Assembly: GCA_045540815.1 (NCBI GenBank)
Contig: JAZQHY010000040.1
Coordinates: 8,539 to 72,538 of the forward strand
Reading direction: 5' to 3'
DNA length: 64,000 nucleotides
DNA from: Clostridia bacterium
GTDB taxonomy: Bacteria; Bacillota; Clostridia; UMGS1810
The position numbers and the translations under genes were made by a program. The notes beneath the pieces were generated by a model, which worked only from the letters and a program-made list of their open reading frames with translations, did not search any database and was not told the DNA's origin. Shown here piece after piece: positions 10,295 through 19,462 of this stretch. How positions within the stretch are numbered: the stretch's first letter is position 1; every line of letters begins with the position of its first letter.

Positions 10295-10307
10295 GAGAAT
10301 CGAACTC
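10295..10307 (-). repeat. Inverted 13-nt copy of the tmRNA T-arm
   Basis: GAGAATCGAACTC is the exact reverse complement of 10222-10234. Confidence 0.8.
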
Positions 10308-10431
10308 AACTATCATCTCCCTTTTTTGGTAAGCAGCAAGGTGTTATGCATAAAAAATTTAATTTTTCTACTATATTATATCTTTTGTTTATGAAAAATG
10401 ACGAAAGTTGATTATTTTTCTGAACTACTAG

Positions 10432-10460
10432 TTGAAAACAGATAGTTGATGTGATATAAT
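10432..10460 (+). promoter_or_regulatory. Consensus sigmaA promoter of the redox operon
   Basis: TTGAAA (10432-10437), 17 nt, TATAAT (10455-10460), with an upstream TG. Confidence 0.65.
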
Positions 10461-10486
10461 ATATCTCGGTTAGGATTCAAAGGAGA

Positions 10487-10504
10487 TTGTTAAAAATATA
10501 ACAA
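10487..10504 (+). promoter_or_regulatory. Candidate Rex operator
   Basis: TTGTTAAAAATATAACAA compared with the clostridial Rex consensus TTGTTAANNNNTTAACAA has one mismatch. It lies in the 5' leader just after the promoter. Confidence 0.5.
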
Positions 10505-10645
10505 AGCTTTTTGGGCGTTAACCATACAAGCGGATTTATCTGTTTGAGATTTTTTTGGTGACGAAGGGCGATGCCCGTAGGTATATCTGCATTAAAAATA
10601 AAACACAGTATGACAAACAAAAAACATTAAAAAAGGAGTAGACAA

Positions 10646-11590
10646 ATGAACAAAATCACGATTATTGGTAGCGGAAGCGTTGGTTCAACAGTAGCTTACA
10701 CTCTTACCGTAGGGGGAATTGCGTCGGAGATAGTTATTATTGATATCAACAACGAAAAAGCGCTTGGCGAAGCGCTAGATATTAGACAGGGTATCCCTTT
10801 CTATAATCCATGCCAGATTTACGCAGGAAGTTATCAGGATGCTGCAGGCTCTGATATAGTTATCGTAACATCAGGACTTCCAAGAAAAGCAGGTCAGTCA
10901 AGACTTGAGCTTGCACAGACAAATATTGATGTATTAAGAAGCATCACGCCTGAAATTACACGTTATGCACCAGACGCAGTATATCTATTTGTAAGTAATC
11001 CCGTTGATATACTTACTTACGCGTTTACAAAATGGTCAGGTATCCCAGAAAGCCGTATCATTGGTTCTGGTACAGTTTTAGATACAGCAAGACTTCGTGC
11101 AAGACTTTCTGAATATTATAAAATCAGCCAGAAAAATGTTCACGCATATGTACTAGGCGAGCATGGAGATTCTTCATTTGTTCCGTGGTCACTTGCAAAC
11201 ATTTCAAACGTGCCTATCGCAGAATGTCACAAGTGTTTCTGTGCAAAAGACAGTGTTCTCCCTGAGCTTGATTATGCTGAAACTGAAGAGTATGTAAAAA
11301 AATCAGGCGGTGTGGTAATAGAAAGAAAAGGTGCTACATTCTATGCAGTATCTATGTCAGTTGCACATATCTGTAAATGTCTTCTTAGCAGTATGGATTC
11401 TACAATGACTATATCTACTATGATGCACGGCGAGTATGGCGTGGAAGATGTATGCTTAAGTACACTTAGCACAGTAGGAAATATGGGAGTACGTGAAAAG
11501 GTTATGCTTCCTCTAAGTGATGATGAAATCAGAAAACTTCACGCTAGTGCAGATAAACTTAAAGATATTATTAAAAACGTTAATATATAA
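10646..11590 (+). CDS. L-lactate/malate dehydrogenase family enzyme, with Arg at the Q102-equivalent specificity position
   Basis: KITIIGSGSVGST Rossmann fold and GEHGDS catalytic-His motif. The loop SGLPRKAGQSRLEL aligns without gaps to the LDH loop [14 protein letters not shown]. Confidence 0.85.
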   Translation: MNKITIIGSGSVGSTVAYTLTVGGIASEIVIIDINNEKALGEALDIRQGIPFYNPCQIYAGSYQDAAGSDIVIVTSGLPRKAGQSRLELAQTNIDVLRSITPEITRYAPDAVYLFVSNPVDILTYAFTKWSGIPESRIIGSGTVLDTARLRARLSEYYKISQKNVHAYVLGEHGDSSFVPWSLANISNVPIAECHKCFCAKDSVLPELDYAETEEYVKKSGGVVIERKGATFYAVSMSVAHICKCLLSSMDSTMTISTMMHGEYGVEDVCLSTLSTVGNMGVREKVMLPLSDDEIRKLHASADKLKDIIKNVNI

Positions 11591-11614
11591 TGAAGAAAAT
11601 TAGGAGGATGAAAA

Positions 11615-12991
11615 ATGGAGTATCGTATAGAACACGATTCCATGGGCGAAGTGAAAGTGCCTGCAGATAAGCTTTGGGGCGCACAGACACAGAGAAGCCA
11701 TGAGAATTTTGAAATAGGTGTGAACATTGAAACTATGCCTCGTGAGATAACTCACGCATTTGGTATACTAAAAAAAGCTGCAGCACAGGCAAACAGCTCT
11801 CTTCGTCCTGAAAAGATGACTGCGCAGAAGCTTTCAGCTATAGAAAAAGCTTGCGACGAGGTTATATCGGGAGAGCTTAATGATAACTTCCCGCTTGTAG
11901 TATGGCAGACAGGTTCTGGTACACAGTCAAATATGAATGCAAACGAGGTTATAGCAAACAGAGGAAACCAGATAGCAGGCGAAAAAATTCTTCATCCAAA
12001 TGATGATGTAAATATGAGCCAGTCATCAAACGATACATTCCCTACTGCAATGCATATCGCAGCAGTTTTGATGCTTGAAGATAAGCTTATCCCTGCAGCT
12101 AAAACTTTAATCGATACCTTCATTCGTCTTGAAAAAGAAAACGAAGGCATAGTAAAGAGCGGCAGAACTCACCTTCAGGACGCTACTCCTATTACATTTT
12201 CACAGGAGATAAGCGGTTGGAGAAGTAGCCTTGAAAGAGATGTAGAGCTTATTAAGCGTGCTATAGAGCCACTTAGAGAGCTTGCGCTTGGCGGTACAGC
12301 CGTTGGTACAGGTCTAAACGCACCAAAGGGCTTTGGCGAGCTTGTTGCCGAGAAGGTTACAAACCTTACAGGTAAGAAATTCATTACTGCAGGCAATAAA
12401 TTCCACGCTCTTACTTCTAAAGACGAGCTTGTATTTGCACACGGCGCTATAAAGGCTCTTGCGTGCGATATGATGAAGATAGCAAACGACGTTAGATGGC
12501 TTGCAAGCGGACCTAGAGATGGTCTTGGAGAGATATTCATTCCTGAAAACGAGCCGGGTTCATCTATTATGCCGGGCAAGGTAAACCCTACACAGTGCGA
12601 GGCTGTTACTATGGTTGCCGTTCAGGTAATGGGTAACGACGTAGCTGTAGGCGTTGCAGCATCACAGGGTAACTTCGAGCTTAACGTATTTATGCCTGTA
12701 TGCGTGTACAACTTCTTACAGTCTGCAAGACTTCTTGCGGAAGCAATTCTTTCATTTAATAAGAACTGCGCAGTTGGCATCAAGGCAAACAAAGAAAAGA
12801 TGCATCACAATCTTCACAATTCACTTATGCTTGTTACCGCGCTAAATCCGTACATCGGTTACGAAAATGCGGCAAAGACAGCAAAGAAGGCATTTAAAGA
12901 TAACATTTCTCTAAAACAGGCTTGTGTAGAGCTTGGATTTTTAACCGAGGAGAAATTTGATGAAGTTTTCCATCCTGAACAGATGGTGTGA
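11615..12991 (+). CDS. fumC: Class II fumarate hydratase
   Basis: DSMGEVKVPADKLWGAQTQRS, WQTGSGTQSNMN, GSSIMPGKVNPTQCE. Confidence 0.93.
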   Translation: MEYRIEHDSMGEVKVPADKLWGAQTQRSHENFEIGVNIETMPREITHAFGILKKAAAQANSSLRPEKMTAQKLSAIEKACDEVISGELNDNFPLVVWQTGSGTQSNMNANEVIANRGNQIAGEKILHPNDDVNMSQSSNDTFPTAMHIAAVLMLEDKLIPAAKTLIDTFIRLEKENEGIVKSGRTHLQDATPITFSQEISGWRSSLERDVELIKRAIEPLRELALGGTAVGTGLNAPKGFGELVAEKVTNLTGKKFITAGNKFHALTSKDELVFAHGAIKALACDMMKIANDVRWLASGPRDGLGEIFIPENEPGSSIMPGKVNPTQCEAVTMVAVQVMGNDVAVGVAASQGNFELNVFMPVCVYNFLQSARLLAEAILSFNKNCAVGIKANKEKMHHNLHNSLMLVTALNPYIGYENAAKTAKKAFKDNISLKQACVELGFLTEEKFDEVFHPEQMV

Positions 12992-13006
12992 TTGGAGGAA
13001 TAGTAA

Positions 13007-13795
13007 ATGAAGGTAGCATATTTCCCGGGCTGTACTTTAAAGACTAAAGCCAAGGATTTAGATAAATATGCAAGAAAATGTGCCGAGGTGCTTGGTATAG
13101 AGCTAGAGGAAATCGAGGCTTGGCAGTGTTGCGGCGGCGTGTTTACTACAAACAAAAACGAAATTGCAACAAAGCTATCAAGTGTGCGTGCACTAAAGGC
13201 GGCACAGGAAAAGAATCAGATGCTTGTATCTGTATGCTCTGCTTGTCACAATGTTATAAAGCAGACTAACAATATGATGCAGACTGACGACGAATTTGCG
13301 TCAAAGGTTAACAACTATATGGCACCTGAAAGCTATAGCGGCGAAACAAAAGTTCTTCACTATTTAGAGCTTCTTCGTGACGTAGTAGGCTTTGACAAGG
13401 TGAAAGAAAAAGTGGTTAACTCGCTAGAGGGTAAAAAAGTAGCTGCTTATTACGGCTGTCTGCTTCTTCGTCCCGGTAAGGTAATGGCAATGGATGACGT
13501 GGAAAACCCTACTATTATAGAAGATTTAATTAAAGCACTTGGCGGTGAGCCTGTTGTATATCCGTACAGAAATGAATGCTGCGGCGGATATGTGACTATG
13601 GAAAACCCTGACCTTGCAAAGGCGAAGAGTCAAAAGGTTACATCAAGTGCTAAAAACGGCGGCGCAGAAGTAATACTTACTGCATGCCCTTTATGTAAAT
13701 ACAATTTAGAAAAAAACGGCACAGACGTTCCTGTAATATATCTTACAGAGCTTCTTGCCGAAGCGCTTGGAGTAAAGGAGGGGGACAATGAATAA
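13007..13795 (+). CDS. hdrB: Heterodisulfide reductase subunit B-like protein (two CCG domains)
   Basis: AWQCCGG..CSACH and NECCGG..CPLCK motifs. 262 aa. Confidence 0.85.
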   Translation: MKVAYFPGCTLKTKAKDLDKYARKCAEVLGIELEEIEAWQCCGGVFTTNKNEIATKLSSVRALKAAQEKNQMLVSVCSACHNVIKQTNNMMQTDDEFASKVNNYMAPESYSGETKVLHYLELLRDVVGFDKVKEKVVNSLEGKKVAAYYGCLLLRPGKVMAMDDVENPTIIEDLIKALGGEPVVYPYRNECCGGYVTMENPDLAKAKSQKVTSSAKNGGAEVILTACPLCKYNLEKNGTDVPVIYLTELLAEALGVKEGDNE

Positions 13796-14180
13796 TTCAT
13801 TAAAGAATCTTCAGTCGGAAATCATCCGCCAGAGCGGTGTTAATCCGAAAAAGTGTATGAAATGCGGAAAATGCTCTGCTACTTGTCCTGCTTACGATGC
13901 TATGGAATACCATCCACACCAGTTTGTGAGTATGGTTGAATCAGGAGATATTGAACCTCTTTTAAAATCAGAGTCATTATACACTTGTTTATCTTGTTTT
14001 GCGTGCATCGACAGATGTCCTAGAGGCGTTGAGCCTGCAAAGATAGTTGAGGCAGTAAGGCTTGAGGTTATAAAGAAACAGGGCGCAAACCACATGACTG
14101 CAAACGATGTTCCAAATCTATTAGACGAGGATATTCCTCAGCAGGCACTTGTTAGCGCATTTAGAAAATACAGTAAATAA
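13788..14180 (+). CDS. hdrC: Heterodisulfide reductase subunit C-like 4Fe-4S protein
   Basis: CMKCGKCSATCP and CLSCFACIDRCP. Overlaps the hdrB stop by 8 nt. Confidence 0.8.
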   Translation: MNNSLKNLQSEIIRQSGVNPKKCMKCGKCSATCPAYDAMEYHPHQFVSMVESGDIEPLLKSESLYTCLSCFACIDRCPRGVEPAKIVEAVRLEVIKKQGANHMTANDVPNLLDEDIPQQALVSAFRKYSK

Positions 14181-14194
14181 GGAGGAAAAGGCAA

Positions 14195-16189
14195 ATGCAA
14201 AGAATAGGCGTATTCGTGTGCTGGTGCGGAACTAACATAGCCGGCACTGTGGATGTAGAGGCAGTATCTAAAGCTTTAGCAAATGAGCCGGGTGTTGTCT
14301 TTTCCACAAACTATCAGTATATGTGTTCTCAGGCAGGTCAGGACATTATAATTAACGCCGTTAAAGAGCACAACCTAACAGGCATCGTGGTATGTTCTTG
14401 TTCACCAAGAATGCACGAGGCTACATTTAGAAAAACTGCGGCTGCAGCAGGATTAAATCCATACATGGTTGAGATAGCAAACATCCGTGAGCAGTGTTCA
14501 TGGGTACACAAGGATATGGCTACAGGTACAGAAAAAGCTATAATCCTAGGCAAAGCAGCGGTTGCAAAGGTTAACCTAAACGCTCCACTTACACCTGGCG
14601 AAAGCCCTGTAACAAAGAGAGCGCTTGTAATCGGCGGCGGTATCGCAGGTATTCAGACTGCACTTGATATTGCAGAGGCAGGCTTTAAAGTAGATATCGT
14701 TGAGAAAAAATCTACTATCGGTGGTAAGATGGCACAGCTTGACAAGACATTCCCTACTCTTGACTGTGCGGCTTGTATCCTTACACCAAAGATGGTTGAT
14801 GTTGCTCAAAACGAAAACATCCGCATATTCTCATACAGCGAGGTAGAGGATGTAACAGGTTTCGTAGGAAACTTTGATGTTAAGATAAGAAAGAAAGCAC
14901 GCTATGTTAAAGAGGACGTATGTACAGGTTGCGGTATCTGTACAGAAAAATGTCCTGTTAAAAACGTTCCAAACGAGTTTAACCTTGGTATGGACAATCG
15001 TCGTGCTATATACATTCCGTTTGCACAGGCAGTTCCAAAGGTTGCTACTATCGACCCTAATGCTTGTAATATGCTTAAAAACGGAAAATGCGGTGTATGT
15101 TCTAAAGTATGTACCGCAGGCGCTATAGATTATACACAAAAAGATGAAATAATTGAAGAAAAATATGGTGCAATTGTTGCTGCTACAGGTTTTAACCCTA
15201 TCAGCATGGACAAATTTGACGAGTTTGCGTACAATCAGTCGAAAGATGTCATTACATCACTTGAATTTGAAAGACTAACAAACGCGGCAGGTCCATCTGC
15301 AGGTAAGCTTGTAAGACCGTCTGACGGCAAACACCCTCACACAATTGTTTTTGTACAGTGTGTAGGTTCAAGATGCTCATCTTGCGCAGAAAAAGGTAAA
15401 GAGTATTGCTCAAAGATTTGCTGTATGTACACTGCAAAACACGCAATGCTTACAAGAGATAAGTATCCTGATACTGACGTGTATGTATTCTATATAGACG
15501 TACGTACTCCTGGTAAGGCTTTTGACGAGTTCTACCGCAGAGCAGTAGAGGAATACGGCGTTCATTATATAAAAGGTATGGTTGGTAAGGTTGCTCCAGA
15601 GGGCGATAAGCTTATGGTGCAGGCATCTGACCTTCTTGCAAATAAACAGCTTCATATAGAAGCAGACCTTGTAGTATTAGCTGCGGCTATCGAGCCTGAC
15701 AAGTCAGCAAGACCGCTTGCTACAAAGCTAACTGCAAGTATGGATACAAACGATTTCTTCACAGAGGCACATCCAAAGCTTCGTCCTGTAGAAAGCCCAA
15801 CTGCTGGTGTATTCTTATCAGGTGCGTGTCAGGGTCCAAAAGATATCCCTGAAACAGTATCACAGGCGAGTGCGGCTGCTGCAAAGGTTATAGGCCTTCT
15901 TGCAAAAGATAAGCTTACAGGTAACCCTTGCGTAGCAGGTGCAAACGAGATGATGTGTAACGGATGTTCGTCTTGTGAAAAGGTATGTCCTTACGGCGCT
16001 ATCACATATGTGGACAAAGAATTCCGTATGCCTGACAGAACTACTGCTATTAGACGTGTTGCTTCGGTTAACGAGGCTGTGTGTCAGGGCTGTGGTGCTT
16101 GTACAGTTGCTTGTCCTTCAGGCGCTATGGACCTAAAAGGCTTTGCCAATAAACAGATTATGGCGGAGGTGGATGCTATATGCAAATAA
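14195..16189 (+). CDS. hdrA: Heterodisulfide reductase subunit A-like FAD/Fe-S protein
   Basis: 664 aa with VIGGGIAGIQTALDIAEAG, several CxxCxxCxxxCP ferredoxin motifs and an N-terminal Cys cluster. Confidence 0.85.
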   Translation: MQRIGVFVCWCGTNIAGTVDVEAVSKALANEPGVVFSTNYQYMCSQAGQDIIINAVKEHNLTGIVVCSCSPRMHEATFRKTAAAAGLNPYMVEIANIREQCSWVHKDMATGTEKAIILGKAAVAKVNLNAPLTPGESPVTKRALVIGGGIAGIQTALDIAEAGFKVDIVEKKSTIGGKMAQLDKTFPTLDCAACILTPKMVDVAQNENIRIFSYSEVEDVTGFVGNFDVKIRKKARYVKEDVCTGCGICTEKCPVKNVPNEFNLGMDNRRAIYIPFAQAVPKVATIDPNACNMLKNGKCGVCSKVCTAGAIDYTQKDEIIEEKYGAIVAATGFNPISMDKFDEFAYNQSKDVITSLEFERLTNAAGPSAGKLVRPSDGKHPHTIVFVQCVGSRCSSCAEKGKEYCSKICCMYTAKHAMLTRDKYPDTDVYVFYIDVRTPGKAFDEFYRRAVEEYGVHYIKGMVGKVAPEGDKLMVQASDLLANKQLHIEADLVVLAAAIEPDKSARPLATKLTASMDTNDFFTEAHPKLRPVESPTAGVFLSGACQGPKDIPETVSQASAAAAKVIGLLAKDKLTGNPCVAGANEMMCNGCSSCEKVCPYGAITYVDKEFRMPDRTTAIRRVASVNEAVCQGCGACTVACPSGAMDLKGFANKQIMAEVDAICK

Positions 16190-16617
16190 ACGGAGAATTC
16201 AAACCACTTATTGTAGCATTCTGCTGCAACTGGTGTTCATATGCAGGAGCTGACCTTGCGGGTAACAACCGTTTGGCATATCCTGAAAATGTTAAAATAA
16301 TAAAAGTGCCTTGTTCTTGCAGAGTAAACCCTATGTTTATCCTTCGTGCATTCCAGAAGGGTGCAGACGGTGTAATCCTTTGCGGTTGCCACCCTGGTGA
16401 TTGTCATTACACATCGGGTAACTACTTTACAAGAAGAAGAATGTCGCTTCTATTCTCAATGCTTAACTTCCTTGGCGTAGAAAAGGAAAGAGTAAGAGTT
16501 GAATGGGTATCTGCGGCAGAGGGTGCGAAGTTTGCCACTACTATGAACGAGTTCACAGAGGCGGTAACCGCACTTGGCGAAAATAAGAGATTGGAGGATT
16601 TGAGATGCAAAAGATAA
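16180..16617 (+). CDS. mvhD: MvhD/FlxD-like hydrogenase iron-sulfur (delta) subunit
   Basis: FCCNWCSYAGADLAG...CGCHPGDCHY. Overlaps the hdrA stop. Confidence 0.8.
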   Translation: MQINGEFKPLIVAFCCNWCSYAGADLAGNNRLAYPENVKIIKVPCSCRVNPMFILRAFQKGADGVILCGCHPGDCHYTSGNYFTRRRMSLLFSMLNFLGVEKERVRVEWVSAAEGAKFATTMNEFTEAVTALGENKRLEDLRCKR

Positions 16618-17600
16618 CAAGAGATGAGCTTTTGAAAAAAGCATCTGAACTTCTCCAAAACGGCACAGTAAATAGAGTGCTTGGCTGGAAAACAGGTGAA
16701 TTTGACTACGATGTAACACCATTTGTGTTTGGCGATATAGAGTCACTTGAAAAGGATTTTGTGTACAACGATTTTTGCGGTGCAAACTTCTCAAAATACC
16801 TTGTAGCCGAAACCAAAAAAGAAGGCAAGGTGCTTGTATTTCTAAAACCTTGCGACACATACAGCTTCAATCAGCTTTTAACTGAGCACAGATTTAACCG
16901 CGAGAACGTATATGCGGTTGGTATCCCGTGTGAAGGTATGGCTGACGTTGATAAAGTAAAGAAAATCGCTGGCGACGGCATCAGCTCTATATCGTTTGCA
17001 GATGGCAAAATCGTAGTAGACACTATCTATGATGGTGAAAAGGCTATCGACGCAAAAGACGTGCTACTAGAAAGATGCGTAGTATGTAAGAGTAAAAAAT
17101 GCGTTGCATACGACGAGCTTTTAGGTGAAAACGGTGAGGTAATCGATTCTACACGTTTTGACGAGGTTGAAAAACTTGAAAATATGTCACCTGACGAAAG
17201 ATTTGCATTCTGGCAGAATGAACTTTCTCGTTGTATCAGATGTAATGCGTGCCGTGACATATGTCCTGCTTGTACTTGTGAGAAATGCGTGTTTGACAAC
17301 CCTGAATCAGGCGTTGAAAACAAAGCCATTTCTGACAGCTTCGAGGAAAAAATGTTCCATATTATAAGAGCATTCCACGTTGCAGGCAGATGTACAGACT
17401 GTGGCGAGTGCTCAAGAGTATGCCCACAGGGAATTAAACTTCACCTTCTAAACAGAAAGTTTATTAAGGATATAAACACATTCTATGGTGAATATCAGGC
17501 AGGAGAGGTAGAAGGTAACCGCGCTCCGCTTGTAGATTACACACTAGATGATATCGAGCCTGACGAGGCTGTGGAGAAAGGAGATGGCACAAATGCGTAA
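16605..17600 (+). CDS. Fe-S oxidoreductase subunit (FlxC-like, poly-ferredoxin type)
   Basis: CIRCNACRDICPACTCEKC and CTDCGECSRVCP. 331 aa. Translationally coupled to mvhD. Confidence 0.6.
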   Translation: MQKITRDELLKKASELLQNGTVNRVLGWKTGEFDYDVTPFVFGDIESLEKDFVYNDFCGANFSKYLVAETKKEGKVLVFLKPCDTYSFNQLLTEHRFNRENVYAVGIPCEGMADVDKVKKIAGDGISSISFADGKIVVDTIYDGEKAIDAKDVLLERCVVCKSKKCVAYDELLGENGEVIDSTRFDEVEKLENMSPDERFAFWQNELSRCIRCNACRDICPACTCEKCVFDNPESGVENKAISDSFEEKMFHIIRAFHVAGRCTDCGECSRVCPQGIKLHLLNRKFIKDINTFYGEYQAGEVEGNRAPLVDYTLDDIEPDEAVEKGDGTNA

Positions 17601-18612
17601 ATGTAAACTATCAAACCTTTCAAAGATTTTTGAAAAAATCAGTGAAAATGCATCTCTTTATCTTCCTGTAGACACCGACAACGGCGCAGAGTATAAAAAA
17701 TGGGAAAACGGCATGGAAATGTCAAACTCTCTTAACACAAACAGAAGTCCTAAAGACTTTTTCTTCCCACAGTCAGAAGAACTTATGGAATTTAAGACAG
17801 AGGGTAAGAACATCGAAGTTATCGACACAAGAAAAGACGCCGAAGACTTTGTGGTATTTGGCGTAAGAGCTTGTGACGTAAGAAGCTTTGACGTGCTTGA
17901 CAGAGTATTTTTGGTTGAACCTTACGACAGCTACTATGCTAATAAGCGTGAGCATTCAACTATCGTTTCTATGGCTTGCACAAGACCTACTGAAACTTGC
18001 TTCTGTAACACATTCGGCATAGACGCTACCGACCCTAAGGGCGACGTATCTTGCTGGAAGACAGATGACGAAATATTCTTTATGGCAAACACCGAAAAAG
18101 GCGAAAAGTTTATGTCAGTAATAGAAAGCATTACAGAAGAAACTGACGATAAAGAGGTAAATGCGCAGAAGGAAAAGACAAAAGAGGTTATGAAAAAGCT
18201 TCCTTTGGCAAATCTAACTGCTGATGCATTTGGCGGAGGACTTACAGAGAAGTATTTTGACGCGCCAGAGTGGAAAGAACTTTCGCAGGCTTGCCTAGGC
18301 TGTGGTACTTGTACTTTCGTATGCCCTACTTGTCAGTGCTATGATATAAAGGATTATAACACAGGAAAAGGTGTTATCCGTTTCAGATGCTGGGATTCGT
18401 GTATGTATTCTGATTTTACAAAGATGGCACACGGAAACTCAAGAAACTCACAAGTAGAGAGATTCAGACAGAGATTTATGCACAAGCTTGTGTATTATCC
18501 TGAAAATAACGACGGAATATTCGGTTGCGTAGGTTGCGGCAGATGCCTTGCAAAATGCCCAATCTCTATGAACATCGTTAAAGTAATGAAAACACTTGGA
18601 GGAAAAGCGTAA
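17593..18612 (+). CDS. Fe-S oxidoreductase subunit (FlxB / AsrA / sulfhydrogenase-beta-like)
   Basis: CLGCGTCTFVCPTCQCYD and CVGCGRCLAKCP. The ATG at 17593 has good spacing from AAGGAG. The ORF-track start at 17548 is probably too long. Confidence 0.6.
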   Translation: MRKCKLSNLSKIFEKISENASLYLPVDTDNGAEYKKWENGMEMSNSLNTNRSPKDFFFPQSEELMEFKTEGKNIEVIDTRKDAEDFVVFGVRACDVRSFDVLDRVFLVEPYDSYYANKREHSTIVSMACTRPTETCFCNTFGIDATDPKGDVSCWKTDDEIFFMANTEKGEKFMSVIESITEETDDKEVNAQKEKTKEVMKKLPLANLTADAFGGGLTEKYFDAPEWKELSQACLGCGTCTFVCPTCQCYDIKDYNTGKGVIRFRCWDSCMYSDFTKMAHGNSRNSQVERFRQRFMHKLVYYPENNDGIFGCVGCGRCLAKCPISMNIVKVMKTLGGKA

Positions 18613-19445
18613 TGAGTCATATAGAAGAAACCTTGATTCCTAAAATCGGCGTTATAACAGACGTGCGTATAGATACTCCTGATGTTAAGACATTCAGAGT
18701 AGTTACACCTGACGGCAAAAAGGCGTTTGACCACAAGCCAGGTCAGTGTGCAATGCTTTCTATTCCGGGCGTAGGCGAAGCGATGTTTTCTATCACATCA
18801 TCACCTACAAACACCGAATTTATGGAATTTTCAATTAAAAAATGCGGTTGTGTAACAGAATGGCTTCATCAGGCAGAGGTGGGTCAGCAGATTACTATTC
18901 GTGGACCTTACGGCAGACCATTCCCTGTAGATGATGAATTTGCAGGTAAAGATATGCTGTTCATCGCAGGCGGTATCGGTCTTGCACCACTTCGCTCTGT
19001 TATCAACTATTGTCGTCACTACCGCGACAGATACGGTAAAATAGATATCGTATATGGTTCAAGAAGTAAAGACGATTTGGTTGATTATCAGGAAATTATA
19101 AATGAATGGGTAGGCGACGACAACGTAAACGTTTACCTTACAATAGACAATCCGCAGGAGGGGTGGGACGGCCACGTTGGTTTCGTACCAAACTATGTAA
19201 AAGAGCTTGGCTTTGATACAAACAAAACCGCAGTACTTTGCGGACCTCCTATAATGATTAAGTTCACACTTCAAGGTCTTGTAGATATGGGCTTTGACAA
19301 AACTCAGGTTTACACAACAATGGAATTAAAAATGAAATGCGGCGTAGGTAAATGCGGCAGATGTAATATCGGCTCAAAATACGTATGTAAAGACGGTCCG
19401 GTATTCCGTTGTGATGAACTTGACGAACTACCTGATGAATATTAA
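18612..19445 (+). CDS. FAD/NAD(P)-binding oxidoreductase with C-terminal 2Fe-2S cluster (FlxA / AsrB / PyrK-like)
   Basis: FNR-like fold (PGQCAMLSIPGVGE, IAGGIGLAPLRS) and CGVGKCGRCNIG. The start overlaps the previous stop (TAATG). Confidence 0.7.
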   Translation: MSHIEETLIPKIGVITDVRIDTPDVKTFRVVTPDGKKAFDHKPGQCAMLSIPGVGEAMFSITSSPTNTEFMEFSIKKCGCVTEWLHQAEVGQQITIRGPYGRPFPVDDEFAGKDMLFIAGGIGLAPLRSVINYCRHYRDRYGKIDIVYGSRSKDDLVDYQEIINEWVGDDNVNVYLTIDNPQEGWDGHVGFVPNYVKELGFDTNKTAVLCGPPIMIKFTLQGLVDMGFDKTQVYTTMELKMKCGVGKCGRCNIGSKYVCKDGPVFRCDELDELPDEY

Positions 19446-19462
19446 TTAAGGAGGAAATTCTA

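Noticed and set aside
13020-13033. Noc-binding-site-like sequence ATTTCCCGGGCTGT.
   Set aside because: Only the left half and the centre match ATTTCCCGGGAAAT (10/14). It sits inside the hdrB coding start and is a single occurrence.
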